Shown: positions 37,215 through 46,914 of the stretch, piece after piece
Layout of the letters: every line of letters begins with the position of its first letter
How positions within the stretch are numbered: the first letter of the stretch is position 1
From: an uncultured Desulfarculus sp.
GTDB lineage: Bacteria; Desulfobacterota; Desulfarculia; Desulfarculales; Desulfarculaceae
Direction of reading: 5' to 3'
Assembly (NCBI GenBank): GCA_963665125.2
Contig: CAXXUK010000001.1
Coordinates: forward strand, 3,040,001-3,104,000
DNA: 64,000 bases
Program-made: the position numbers and the translations under genes
The notes under the pieces: model-generated
The model's database searches: none
The model's input: only the letters and a program-made list of their open reading frames with translations
What the model was told of the DNA's origin: nothing

Positions 37215-38903
37215 ATGACCAAATTTACCGGTGCCCGCAAGGTTTGGCGCGTATTGGCGATTCTCACCATCAGCTTGGTGATGATCGGCGTCGGCGTGGC
37301 CCAGGCCGGGATCATCCGCGTGGCGATCCTGCCTTTTTCGGCCAACGCGCCCCAGGATATTTCCTATCTGACCAAGGGCATCCGCGACATGTTGGCCTCC
37401 CGTCTGGCCTGGCAGGGCAAGGTCCAGGTCGTTGAGCCGGATATGGTCACCAATGCATTGAAGGGCGTAAAGGCTCCGTACAATGACGAAAAGGCCAGGG
37501 CCGCCGGCGAAAAACTGCATGCCGAGGTCGTGGTTTTCGGTGCGGTGACCATGCTGGGCAAGGCCATCAGCATCGACGCGCGGGTGGTCAAGGTGGGCCA
37601 AGCCGATCCGGCCCTTACCGCCTTTGTCCAGGCCCCCAACGAAAACGAGGTCATCCCCAAGATCAACGCCTTTGCCCAGCGCATCAACGCCGAGATATTC
37701 CGGCGGCCCGAGGCCGTGGAGGCCATGAAGCATCAGGCCAGCGGTGAGGAGTCCGGCGGTGGTTCATCGGGCAAAGCCGAAGTCCAGCAGGATGACGGCG
37801 ACGAGCACATGAGCCCGCTCAACCCGATGTTCATCAAGAAGCTCTACGGCGTGCGCTCCGACCGGTTCTGGCGCAGCCCCAGGATTCACGGCTCGGTCAA
37901 CAGCATTGCCGTGGCCGATATCGATGGTGACGGCAACCAGGAGGTCCTGGTGCTTACGGCCAAGAGCCTGCGCGTCTACCGCCATGGCGGAGACTACTTC
38001 CGCATGGTCACCGAATATAAAGACATCCCCTTGGGCGCCTATTTGTATTATGTCGACGCCGGAGACTTAAACGGCGACGGCAGGCCCGAAATCTATATAA
38101 GCTGCCGCATCGCCCACGCCCTGGCCAGCTTCGTGCTCAGCTTTGACCAGGGCCGCTTTGTCATGTTGGAGAACAACATCACCTATTACCTGCGTATGCA
38201 GGACAATCCCTGGGGCGAGGGCAAGGTGCTCTTCGGTCAGCAAACCGCGGCCGACATGCCCTTCTGGGGCCCGATTTACCGCATGAAATGGAAAGACGGC
38301 AAGCTCGAGGCCGGTGAACAGCTCGAGCTGCCCGACGTGTCCACCATCTACAATTTCGTGCTGGCCGATCTCAACGGCACCGGCGGCAGGCCCATGTGCG
38401 TACTCAGCGGCAACACCTATCATATGCGCGTATACGACCGCCGCATGCAGCCACTATGGGTAAGCTCCGAGCAGTACAACGCCTCGGATCTCTATGTCTG
38501 GTACAAGCCCCTTTCCGGCGGCGCCGAGGACGAAAGCATCTGGTATTTCCACACCAGGATGCTGGCGGTGGACCTGGACGGCAACGGCCAGAAAGAGATT
38601 ATCGCCGTGCGCAACTCCGATCCCAGCGGCATGATGCTGGGCCGCATGCGCATGTTCAACCGGGGCCAGATATTCTCATTGCAGTGGAACGGCATGTCCA
38701 TGGTTGAAAACTGGCGCACGCCTCGCATATCGGGCTATGTGGCCGACTACGCCATCGCCGATGTCTCGGGCAGCGGCGAACCGGCCCTGGTGCTGGCCTA
38801 CAACATGCGTGAATACGGCGGCCTTATGGACAAGGGCTTTGCCTACGTGGTGGCCTACACCATCAAGCCCAAGGAACTGAGTTCAAAGGGCCGCGGCCAA
38901 TAG
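37215..38903 (+). CDS. Exported FG-GAP/VCBS repeat protein with N-terminal TolB-N-like domain
   Basis: Signal peptide, RVAILPF, and repeated DIDGDG / DLNGDG / DLDGNG motifs. Confidence 0.85.
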   Translation: MTKFTGARKVWRVLAILTISLVMIGVGVAQAGIIRVAILPFSANAPQDISYLTKGIRDMLASRLAWQGKVQVVEPDMVTNALKGVKAPYNDEKARAAGEKLHAEVVVFGAVTMLGKAISIDARVVKVGQADPALTAFVQAPNENEVIPKINAFAQRINAEIFRRPEAVEAMKHQASGEESGGGSSGKAEVQQDDGDEHMSPLNPMFIKKLYGVRSDRFWRSPRIHGSVNSIAVADIDGDGNQEVLVLTAKSLRVYRHGGDYFRMVTEYKDIPLGAYLYYVDAGDLNGDGRPEIYISCRIAHALASFVLSFDQGRFVMLENNITYYLRMQDNPWGEGKVLFGQQTAADMPFWGPIYRMKWKDGKLEAGEQLELPDVSTIYNFVLADLNGTGGRPMCVLSGNTYHMRVYDRRMQPLWVSSEQYNASDLYVWYKPLSGGAEDESIWYFHTRMLAVDLDGNGQKEIIAVRNSDPSGMMLGRMRMFNRGQIFSLQWNGMSMVENWRTPRISGYVADYAIADVSGSGEPALVLAYNMREYGGLMDKGFAYVVAYTIKPKELSSKGRGQ

Positions 38904-38922
38904 CTTTAATAACGGCATTGCC

Positions 38923-39405
38923 TTAGACGGCCGCCTCAACCGGGGCGGCCTTTAATATTCCCACCAGGAGTTGGGGGTCCATCTCGGCCAGCAAACCTCT
39001 CCTGCCCGCGTTGATCAGGATGCGGGGCAAATCGAGGATGGTCTTTTGCAAGTAGAGCGGCGGCTGGGTCCTGGTGCCAAAGGGGGAAATGCCCCCCACC
39101 ATATAACCCGTAACCCGCTGTACAGTGGCCTCGTCGGCGGGAGCGACGGTCTTTACGCCCAGATGCCGGGCCAGGGCCTTGGTCGACACTTCCTTGTCGC
39201 CGTGCATCAATATTATCAATGGTTTGTCACCATCGGCGACGAACACCAGGGTCTTGATTATGGCGTGTTCATCCCAGCCCAGTTCCCGGGACGCCAGGGC
39301 GGTGCCGCCCTTATGCTGATAAATGTAGGCGTGCAGAATTAAATCCACGCCCTCGGCCTCCATGGCCCTCATTGCCTGGGTCATGGGCCCTTTTTTCGAC
39401 GACAT
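38923..39405 (-). CDS. ybaK: YbaK/EbsC aminoacyl-tRNA deacylase
   Basis: IIKTLV, TGYMVGGISPFG and INAGRRG motifs. Confidence 0.9.
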   Translation of the reverse strand: MSSKKGPMTQAMRAMEAEGVDLILHAYIYQHKGGTALASRELGWDEHAIIKTLVFVADGDKPLIILMHGDKEVSTKALARHLGVKTVAPADEATVQRVTGYMVGGISPFGTRTQPPLYLQKTILDLPRILINAGRRGLLAEMDPQLLVGILKAAPVEAAV

Positions 39406-39525
39406 TCGGCGTTCCCTTTCTTGGCGGTCAGGCCCGGCTAGCGTCAGCCGCCCGAAAAAATTTCGTTACAAGTTCCTGTTACTAATTTTTCCCCGCCAAG
39501 GGCTTTTGCGCAACAGGCGATATGA

Positions 39526-40062
39526 TTATTTCACCACGGAATCTTCCCGGCCTATGGCAAGTCGCATGGCGCAGCGCCGCTGTTTCGGCAATCCGTGCTC
39601 AACCTCGCAACGCAGGACCCCGGTTAAACGCTCGCCAAGCTGCTCCGGGGAAAGGGTCCGTAAGCCGAGATGCCGGTAAAACGGTTCATTCCATTTGATA
39701 TCACGGAAGGTGGTAAGCGTCACTGAGGCAAGGCCCTTTTGGCGGGCGGCCTGTATGGCTTTTTGGACCAACGCCTTGCCGTGGCCCAGGCCCTGCCGAT
39801 CTTGGCGCACCGCCACCCCCCAAACATGCAGATCCCCGTCCACGGCTTCGGCGGACAAAAAGCCCACAATACCTCCGCCTTCGTCCTCGGCGACCCAACT
39901 GGTGCCCCGCCGGATCAGCTCCCGGTGGCGCCCGGCGCTCTGGACATCATCATCTGCTATCCACGCAAGCTCGGGAATCTTAAGAAAAGCCCTGCAAGCC
40001 GACCTCTCGATGTCGGGCAGCAAGTCCGCTTCTTTTTCCAGGGTTGGCCTGATTCTGGTCAT
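39526..40062 (-). CDS. GNAT N-acetyltransferase
   Basis: Start MTRIRP inside the longer ORF; LPDIERSA, QGLGHG and TLTTFRDIKWNEPFY motifs. Confidence 0.88.
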   Translation of the reverse strand: MTRIRPTLEKEADLLPDIERSACRAFLKIPELAWIADDDVQSAGRHRELIRRGTSWVAEDEGGGIVGFLSAEAVDGDLHVWGVAVRQDRQGLGHGKALVQKAIQAARQKGLASVTLTTFRDIKWNEPFYRHLGLRTLSPEQLGERLTGVLRCEVEHGLPKQRRCAMRLAIGREDSVVK

Positions 40063-40170
40063 GTTGTGTTCCCTACCGGCGTTCCGGGCATTTTCCGCTC
40101 CGGGTCTGTTTTTTTGCTCAAGATCATCAAGGACTCCACCGATTAATAGATATGGCGGGAGAATATTCCT

Positions 40171-40587
40171 ATGTCGCAAAGCGACCTCATACCGGGCCTG
40201 CACGCGTTTTTCCAACACCTGGACCAGCGGTCTTCCTGGGACGGCTGGGGCTCGGTTTCCTGGGGTGATTATTTCGACGACGTGGCCCGGCGCTATCCCG
40301 ACGCCGTGCAAAGCGGCTCCAGCCTGGTCATGCAAGGCTCCGGGGCCAATAAACTCTACAATATCACCTTTGGCTTTGATTCCAACCGCAACCTCAGTTC
40401 GGTGACCCTTAGCTTCGAGGGCGGCACCGAAACCGCCGACTTCGCCTCCATCTCCCGGCAATTCATAAGCCGCCTGGGCAAGCCATCTCAAAGCACCGGC
40501 ACCAGCCAAACCTGGACTAGGGACTCCACCAGTGCCACGGCCGTCGGCCGGCCGGACAGCGGCACGGTGCTCAGCCAGATCATATAA
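40171..40587 (+). CDS. Hypothetical protein
   Basis: RBS GGGAG, C-ending codon bias and a following terminator-like hairpin. Confidence 0.6.
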   Translation: MSQSDLIPGLHAFFQHLDQRSSWDGWGSVSWGDYFDDVARRYPDAVQSGSSLVMQGSGANKLYNITFGFDSNRNLSSVTLSFEGGTETADFASISRQFISRLGKPSQSTGTSQTWTRDSTSATAVGRPDSGTVLSQII

Positions 40588-40653
40588 AAAAACCGCCGCC
40601 AAGGCTTTGGCCCCGGCGGCGGATCGTGTTTTGCCATAACGGCTGGCTGTGGA

Positions 40654-41622
40654 TTAGCCCTTGGCCCAGTTACGGTAAAAATCGATGGTCTTTTTCAGGC
40701 CGTCTTCCAGGGTGGTGGTGGCCTCCCAGCCGATGGTCTTTTTAATGCGGCTTACATCGGGAATACGCCGGGGGATGTCTTCATAAGATTTGCCGAAGAC
40801 CTCCACGTGGGGCTTGAAGATCAGTTCGTTTTCAAACCCGCCAACATTGATCAGGGTTTCGGCCAATTCCAGAATCGATGTCTCGCGGTCGTTGCCCACG
40901 TTGAAGCAGGTGCCCTCAGCCGCCGGATTCAAGGCCAGCTCAACCACGGCCTGGCAGGCGTCCTCGATAAAGGTGAAGCAGCGGGTCTGCTTGCCATCTC
41001 CGTGGATGACCAGGGGCTCGCCGCCCAGCAGCTTTTCCATGAAGATGGGGATCACCCGGCCCTGGCCCAGGTCGTCGCAGCGGGGGCCGTACACGTTGAA
41101 AAAGCGCATGATCACAAACGGCAGGTTTTCCTGCTGGTTGTAGGCATACAGGAAATGCTCGATAAGGGCCTTGCCCGTGGAGTAGCACCAGCGGTTGATG
41201 CTGGGCGGGCCCAGCACGCGGTCGGCGTCTTCATTGAACGGCACCTGGGAGTTGCGGCCCGGCACCTCGCTGGTGGAAGCGAAGATCACCTTGGCTCCGT
41301 GGGAAGAACACATCTCCAGAAGCTGGATGGAGCCCTTGACGTTGATGTTGAGCACGTTGAGCGGTTCGGTGACGTAGCGCTTGGGGTCGGCGATGGCCGC
41401 CAGGTGGATGACGATGTCGCTACGGGAAACCTGGCGCTCCAACACGTCCTTGTTCATGATGGAGTCCTGCACGAACTTGAAGCGGCCTGTCTCGAACAGA
41501 TGCTCGACCTTGCGCGATGAGCCGTTGTCCAGGGCAATGACCTCATGCCCGCGCTCGATGAGGTATTCGCAGACAAAAGAACCAATGGAGCCTGCGCCTC
41601 CGGTAACCAGAACACGTTTCAT
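40654..41622 (-). CDS. NAD-dependent epimerase/dehydratase, UDP-glucuronate decarboxylase-like
   Basis: LVTGGAGSIG, ASTSEV, YSTGK, RFFNVYGP and GDGKQTRCF motifs; RBS GAGGAG. Confidence 0.9.
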   Translation of the reverse strand: MKRVLVTGGAGSIGSFVCEYLIERGHEVIALDNGSSRKVEHLFETGRFKFVQDSIMNKDVLERQVSRSDIVIHLAAIADPKRYVTEPLNVLNINVKGSIQLLEMCSSHGAKVIFASTSEVPGRNSQVPFNEDADRVLGPPSINRWCYSTGKALIEHFLYAYNQQENLPFVIMRFFNVYGPRCDDLGQGRVIPIFMEKLLGGEPLVIHGDGKQTRCFTFIEDACQAVVELALNPAAEGTCFNVGNDRETSILELAETLINVGGFENELIFKPHVEVFGKSYEDIPRRIPDVSRIKKTIGWEATTTLEDGLKKTIDFYRNWAKG

Positions 41623-41686
41623 TTTTTTTACTCCTCGCGCCCTATCAGGCTGTTGAAAAGCTCCAGGACGTATTTTCAAGCTATTT

Positions 41687-42667
41687 TCACACCCACAGGT
41701 GAAAAGTCAAATCAGCGTACACCTGGCGCGCGCCCAGGCGGCTCCAGGCCCGGATCACGGCCTGTTGGCTCAGTTTGGTGCGCACCCTGGCCCGGCGGCA
41801 GCCGCTGGCGGACAGCCAGCCCAGGCCGGAACTCAATAGGGCATTATACATGCCCCGGCCCCGTTGGCCATTGGATACGGCATTGAGAACGATCCAGCCG
41901 CAATCCGCGCCCGGTCCGCGGCCCGTGCCCCGGCGCAGGCAGATAAAGCCCGAGAGGCCCTTGGGCCCCCTGAGCACCAGGACCTTGTCGGCCTGGTCGC
42001 CTGAAAGGCAATTGGCCATCCAGCGGCTGTACATCTCCGGGCAGCCGCCGCGCATTCCCGGGTCCAGGGCGAAGCGGTCGCTATAGGCGTCCAGATCGCA
42101 CAGGGACTCGGCGGCCAGGCGGCAAAGCGCCGGGGCGTCGCCATCTTTCGGGTCGCCCACGCTGTAGCCCTCGTCCAGGTATTGCAGGCCGGGGGCCCTA
42201 TCCAGATCCAAAATCCACTCGACGCTGACATCGGCCAGGCGAAAGCCGCCGGCTTCCAGACACTGGGCGGCCAGATAATCCCGGCAGGGCACCCTGGCCA
42301 CCAGGCAGTCGTAGCCCTCGTCCGCGGCGTAACCGCAAGCGGCTTTTAGAACGGCGGCGCCAAGGTCGTTTTCCGGTTCACCGGGCCATTTGGCGCGGTG
42401 CATGAGCGGACCCAGCCTGGCCATCTTGCTGCCGAACACGCCGCTGTCAAAAGCCAGGTCCTTGAACCCGGCCAGCCAGGCCCATTCGCCGTTGCTTTGG
42501 GCGGACCATGTTTTTTGGCATGAGCTCAGGTCGCGGAGCAGGGATTCGGTGGCCAAGGCCCTGTCGGCCATGGGCCATTGGTCGCCGCCAAAGGGAAAAA
42601 CCGAGGCCAATTCCCCGGCTTGATCGGTTGCGGCGGCACCCGCGCCATCCATTGAAATCACACTCAA
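41687..42667 (-). CDS. WecD-like double-domain GNAT acetyltransferase
   Basis: LAFDSGVFG, GFRLAD, DRFALDP, MYSRW and QRGRGM resemble dTDP-fucosamine acetyltransferase motifs. Confidence 0.7.
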   Translation of the reverse strand: MSVISMDGAGAAATDQAGELASVFPFGGDQWPMADRALATESLLRDLSSCQKTWSAQSNGEWAWLAGFKDLAFDSGVFGSKMARLGPLMHRAKWPGEPENDLGAAVLKAACGYAADEGYDCLVARVPCRDYLAAQCLEAGGFRLADVSVEWILDLDRAPGLQYLDEGYSVGDPKDGDAPALCRLAAESLCDLDAYSDRFALDPGMRGGCPEMYSRWMANCLSGDQADKVLVLRGPKGLSGFICLRRGTGRGPGADCGWIVLNAVSNGQRGRGMYNALLSSGLGWLSASGCRRARVRTKLSQQAVIRAWSRLGARQVYADLTFHLWV

Positions 42668-42742
42668 TTTCGAGCCCTCCTGGAAGGGCCTACTTTACCC
42701 CAGCCCAACAGGGCGGTCAAGCAGTGCGCACTTGGTCACACT

Positions 42743-44347
42743 CTACGCATTATCCGCCTGACGGGGCAGCCGGGCGCTAAGCACGAAGCCGCCGCCCTTG
42801 GGCCCGGCCGACACTTCCACAAGGCCGCCGTGGGCCTCCACGATGCGCCGGGCCTTGGCCATGCCCATTTCCGGGCCAAAGCTGCGCTCGGCCAGGGGGC
42901 CCTCTGATTCCGGGCTGGCCCCGGCCCCGAAAATGGTCATCACGGCGCCCGTGCCGTTGCCTGCCAGATGCACATGCACCGAGCCGCCGCCGCGACAGGC
43001 CAGGTGGGTGCCGTAATCGAGCATCAGGCCCACCATTTCCTCGACCCCATGGCGGTCGGCCCGCAGAATGACCGGATTGCCGCCGAGATGCTTCTTGATT
43101 TTGGGTCCGCCGCCGGGCCGGGCGTCACACACGCGGCCGATCAATTCGCTCAGGTCCAGCGGCTCCAAATGGGGCTCGAAAGGCTTGACCAGATTGGTCA
43201 TCTCGGCCAGCACGTCATCGAGCCTGCCCGCTTCGTTGATGATCACCTCGGCGTAGCGCTGCAACTCGCCGCCGCTCTCCAGGAGTTTGGCCAGACGCCG
43301 GGCAAAGCCACCCACGCTCATCAGGGGGTTGCGGATCTCATGGGCCACGGCCTCCAGGGTGTTGACCACGGTCTCTTCCTGGAGCCTGCGGGTCTCGCCG
43401 CCCACCCCGGCCGCCAAACGCACATGGGGCGCCACCTGCTGGCTCAGCCGTGCCAGGGCCTGGTTGGCCTTTTCCATCACCGCCAGCAGGTCGGCCTGCT
43501 GGTCCAGCTCCAGGTCCATGGCCTGGGCCGCTTCACCCACAATGGTCAGGGCCTCGCTGACAATGAGGTTGATGTCGTCGTCGAGCAGGCCGAACCACTT
43601 GCGGGCCAGGCGGTGCACCTCGGTCAGGGTGGCATTGTCGCCGAACAGAGCCTCGGCCAGACGCCGGGCAAAGTCAACCACCCGCAGTTCGATGGGCGCC
43701 TCGGCGTCCTCTTTGCGCAGGTGTTTCTGGGTGCGCACCAGCAACTTGGGCAGACCCCATTTCTGCAATGCGGCCGCCCCGACCATGCGGTGGTCCAGGC
43801 CGAAGTTTTTGCGCTCCCATTCCAGCTGGGCGCTGAGCCCGGCCAAAACGCCCACAAAGGTATCCGTCTGGCCGGGGCCAAGGGCGTGCATCATCAGCGG
43901 CAGGCCCAGTTCCAACAGCAGCCCGGCCACGAACAGGTCTTCGGCCCGGTCCAGGCCCAGACGCTGGGCCAGCAGCCGGGCCAGCGCCGCCCGGTGCAGG
44001 GACATGCGCCAGAATTGATAAAACTGCGGGTCGCCCTTTTGCAGGGGCAGGGTGTGGCGCAGGCTGATGCCCAGGGCCATGATCCGCACTTCCCGCAGGC
44101 CCAGAAAGACCACCGCCCTTTGCAAATTGGTTACTTCTTCTTCGGTCACGCGGAAGGCTGGGCTGTTGGCCAACATCAGCAGACGGGCCGACATGCCCGG
44201 GTCCTGTTCGATGATCCGGGTCAGGTCCTGGATGCTGGCGTTTTCGTCCGAGGCCAGGTCCACCAGGCGCACCGCCAATGGTGAAAGCGTCGGCGCCTGC
44301 TGGCCGCCAAGTATCTTTTCCAGTAGCTGGGTAGCCGCTTGATCCAT
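42743..44347 (-). CDS. HDOD domain protein fused to HisKA and a degenerate HATPase domain
   Basis: IIEQDPGMSARLLMLANSP, DHRMVG and KWGLP; H-box AHEIRNPL; C-terminal ARRIVEAHGG. Confidence 0.85.
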   Translation of the reverse strand: MDQAATQLLEKILGGQQAPTLSPLAVRLVDLASDENASIQDLTRIIEQDPGMSARLLMLANSPAFRVTEEEVTNLQRAVVFLGLREVRIMALGISLRHTLPLQKGDPQFYQFWRMSLHRAALARLLAQRLGLDRAEDLFVAGLLLELGLPLMMHALGPGQTDTFVGVLAGLSAQLEWERKNFGLDHRMVGAAALQKWGLPKLLVRTQKHLRKEDAEAPIELRVVDFARRLAEALFGDNATLTEVHRLARKWFGLLDDDINLIVSEALTIVGEAAQAMDLELDQQADLLAVMEKANQALARLSQQVAPHVRLAAGVGGETRRLQEETVVNTLEAVAHEIRNPLMSVGGFARRLAKLLESGGELQRYAEVIINEAGRLDDVLAEMTNLVKPFEPHLEPLDLSELIGRVCDARPGGGPKIKKHLGGNPVILRADRHGVEEMVGLMLDYGTHLACRGGGSVHVHLAGNGTGAVMTIFGAGASPESEGPLAERSFGPEMGMAKARRIVEAHGGLVEVSAGPKGGGFVLSARLPRQADNA

Positions 44348-44482
44348 ATCCGCTCCGGGCAGGCCTGCTTGACTTCAGATTCAATTTTAACACGCCGGGA
44401 GCGTTTCATGTAAATCCGCTGTGCTTGTTACCCGGCCACGGCAATGTTATAAAGGGCCATGAAGCGTACAGGAGGTTTTTCC

Positions 44483-45118
44483 ATGTCAGATACGACCAGG
44501 CACGGGCCCCGACTGGATATGGGCTCCGAGGATCACGACGGTTTTGACGTTTCCACCCGGCAGCCCATGGCCGACTACAGCCAGGCCGCCAAGCCGTCGG
44601 CCGTGCCCATGATCAGCCTGCTGATCTCCATGGTTGCCCTGGGACTGGCCGTTTGGGCTCTGGCCGCGCCTCCGGCCAGCCCGCTGCTCACTGCTCCGCC
44701 GCCTCCGGGCCTGGCCCAGGCCCCGGCGGGCGACCGGGTGGCCTTCCTGGAGCAGGACATCCAAAAGGCCCTGCTGCATCTGGTGACCATTGAGCGGCGC
44801 CTGCAAAAGCTGGAAGGCCGGGTCAACACCCTGGCCAAGGGCCAGGCCGAAATAGCGGCCAGGCCAGCCCCGGAGCCCACCGCCGAAGTCACCGCCGAGG
44901 CCACCGAGCCTCCGGCAACGCCGCAGCCGACGGCACGGGCCACCCAGGAGCCGAAGCCCGCGCAACCGCAAAAGCAGACTTATAAAGTCCGCCCCGGTGA
45001 CACCCTCACGGGCATCGCCGGGCAGTACAAGGTTGATCTCGACGACCTCTGCAAGTGGAACAACATGAGCAAACGCTCGACCATCAAGGTCGGCCAGCGC
45101 CTGGTAATCTACAAATAG
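44483..45118 (+). CDS. Membrane-anchored LysM domain protein
   Basis: TM segment, coiled coil, Pro/Ala/Thr linker and C-terminal YKVRPGDTLTGIA...GQRLVI. Confidence 0.88.
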   Translation: MSDTTRHGPRLDMGSEDHDGFDVSTRQPMADYSQAAKPSAVPMISLLISMVALGLAVWALAAPPASPLLTAPPPPGLAQAPAGDRVAFLEQDIQKALLHLVTIERRLQKLEGRVNTLAKGQAEIAARPAPEPTAEVTAEATEPPATPQPTARATQEPKPAQPQKQTYKVRPGDTLTGIAGQYKVDLDDLCKWNNMSKRSTIKVGQRLVIYK

Positions 45119-45131
45119 CCGGGGAAAGCAT

Positions 45132-46256
45132 ATGTCCCGTGTGGCGGTGACCGCTTGCCCTGACTATCAAAACCCGGCCCTTGAGCGGGCGGTGCGCCGG
45201 GCCGTGGACCACTGCGGCGGCATGGCTTCTTTTGTCCTGCCCGGACAGCGGGTTTTGTTGAAGCCCAACCTGCTGGGAGCCTACGCCCTAGAGCGGCGGG
45301 TGACCACCGACCCGGCCGTGGTCCTGGCCGTGGGCAGGCTGGTCGCCGAGGCCGGGGGCGGGATCATCATCGGCGACAGCCCGGCCATCGACGGCTTCAG
45401 GCGCACCGTGGCCAAAAGCGGCATGGACAGAGTGGCCGCCGAACTGGATGCCGAACTGGTGGAGCTTGGCGACCCACAGGAGGTGCCCACGCCCCTGGGC
45501 TGCCTCTACCGACGTCTGGAGCTGGCCCGCCAGGCAGTGGAAGCCGATGTCATCATCAACCTGCCCAAGCTAAAAACCCACTGCATGATGCTGTTGACCC
45601 TGGGGGTCAAGAACCTCTTCGGGACCATCGTGGCCCAGCGCAAGAGCGAGTGGCACTTTGCCATCGGCCAGGACCGCGACATCTTCGCCGGTCTGCTGTT
45701 GGACATCCACTCCACCCTGGCTCCGGCCCTGACCATCCTCGACGGCGTGTGGGCCATGGAGGGTAAAGGCCCCGGCAACGGCGACCCCAGGCACGTGGGC
45801 CTCATTGCCGCGTCCACCGACGCCCTGGCCTTGGACTTGCACATCGCGGGCCTTCTGGGCGCACCCGGCGATTTGTTTCCCCTGGGCCGGGCGGCCCTGT
45901 CCCGTGGCCTGATCAAGGGCCATCACGACACCGAAATCGTCGGCGACGACATCCCGCCCGTCAAGGATTTCGTCCTGCCCGAGTTGGGCGGCGTGGCCAT
46001 GGTGCCCGAGCCCATCAACCGCTTCTTGCAGCGCCGGGCCGCGCCCAAACCACTGCAAAGCCCTGATCTGTGCCAAGCATGCGGCAAGTGCGCCGAGATC
46101 TGCCCGGCGGGCTGCATCACCCTGGACGGGCGCAAGGCCTCGTTTGACCACAACGCCTGCATCCGCTGCTACTGCTGCCACGAGGTCTGCCCGGCCGACG
46201 CCATTTTCTTCAAGAAAGGCCTTCTGGCCAAGGTCCTGGAACGCTTGGGCCGCTAG
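45132..46256 (+). CDS. DUF362 protein with C-terminal 2x[4Fe-4S] ferredoxin domain
   Basis: VLLKPNLL, INLPKLKTH, GVKNLFG, MEGKGP, CQACGKCAEICP and CIRCYCCHEVCP motifs. Confidence 0.92.
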   Translation: MSRVAVTACPDYQNPALERAVRRAVDHCGGMASFVLPGQRVLLKPNLLGAYALERRVTTDPAVVLAVGRLVAEAGGGIIIGDSPAIDGFRRTVAKSGMDRVAAELDAELVELGDPQEVPTPLGCLYRRLELARQAVEADVIINLPKLKTHCMMLLTLGVKNLFGTIVAQRKSEWHFAIGQDRDIFAGLLLDIHSTLAPALTILDGVWAMEGKGPGNGDPRHVGLIAASTDALALDLHIAGLLGAPGDLFPLGRAALSRGLIKGHHDTEIVGDDIPPVKDFVLPELGGVAMVPEPINRFLQRRAAPKPLQSPDLCQACGKCAEICPAGCITLDGRKASFDHNACIRCYCCHEVCPADAIFFKKGLLAKVLERLGR

Positions 46257-46386
46257 GTCGGCCGCCTGGGCCATATTCATTGACCAGCCCAGGGCCGAAC
46301 CATACAATGAGCGAAATAACCACGATCGAATAAAGGCTGATATCAACTGGTTGGACGCATCACCGAGGTAACCGAGGAGGTGGACG

Positions 46387-46848
46387 ATGTTGCGCCTGAA
46401 AATCCTGGCCCGTTGTTGTTCGCTGTTACTGGCCGTCCTGGCGGTGGCGGGTGGCCTGCCCGCCACCGCCCAACCGCCCGATCCGGCGAATCAAATCACC
46501 GGCCAGTGGCAAATGGCCCCCAACAAGCGGGCTAGAAGCGGCTCCATCACCTTCAAGGCCAACGGCACGTATGTGATGGACGAGCGCTTGCAAGACGGTG
46601 ACCGCGTCGGCAAAAAGGGCCAGTACAAACTCTACCCCACGGCCGCGCCGGCCCGCATCGACATCTGCCTGATGAAGTGCGGCGGGCCCGGTTCGCAGTA
46701 CACCACCTGCTTCGGCATCTACCGCTTTTTGCCCGACGGCAGGCTGGAGATCCGCACCTCGCCCGACGCCAAATACCCCACGGCGTTTAATGACGGCGCC
46801 GACCCCCTGCAAGACGCCCACACCATGTTCCTCACCAGGGTGCCTTAG
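46387..46848 (+). CDS. Hypothetical exported beta-barrel (lipocalin-like) protein
   Basis: RBS GAGGAGG, signal peptide, ITGQW near the N-terminus and FLTR at the C-terminus. Confidence 0.7.
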   Translation: MLRLKILARCCSLLLAVLAVAGGLPATAQPPDPANQITGQWQMAPNKRARSGSITFKANGTYVMDERLQDGDRVGKKGQYKLYPTAAPARIDICLMKCGGPGSQYTTCFGIYRFLPDGRLEIRTSPDAKYPTAFNDGADPLQDAHTMFLTRVP

Positions 46849-46914
46849 AACCGGCCCAAAAACGGCGTGGCCGCCCCGAAAGGCGGCTACGCATGGTTCA
46901 ATTTTCGTTTTTAA

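Noticed and set aside
40063..40602. N-terminal extension of the GNAT ORF to 358 aa
   Set aside because: The extension is the antisense of the 40171-40587 gene; the GNAT domain begins at MTRIRP.
41647..41672. AGGCTGTTGAAAA...TTTTCAAGCT resembling an IS/MITE end, and AGGCTGT-CAA-ACAGCCT at 8402-8418
   Set aside because: Too short and no transposase; cannot be distinguished from terminator or operator palindromes.
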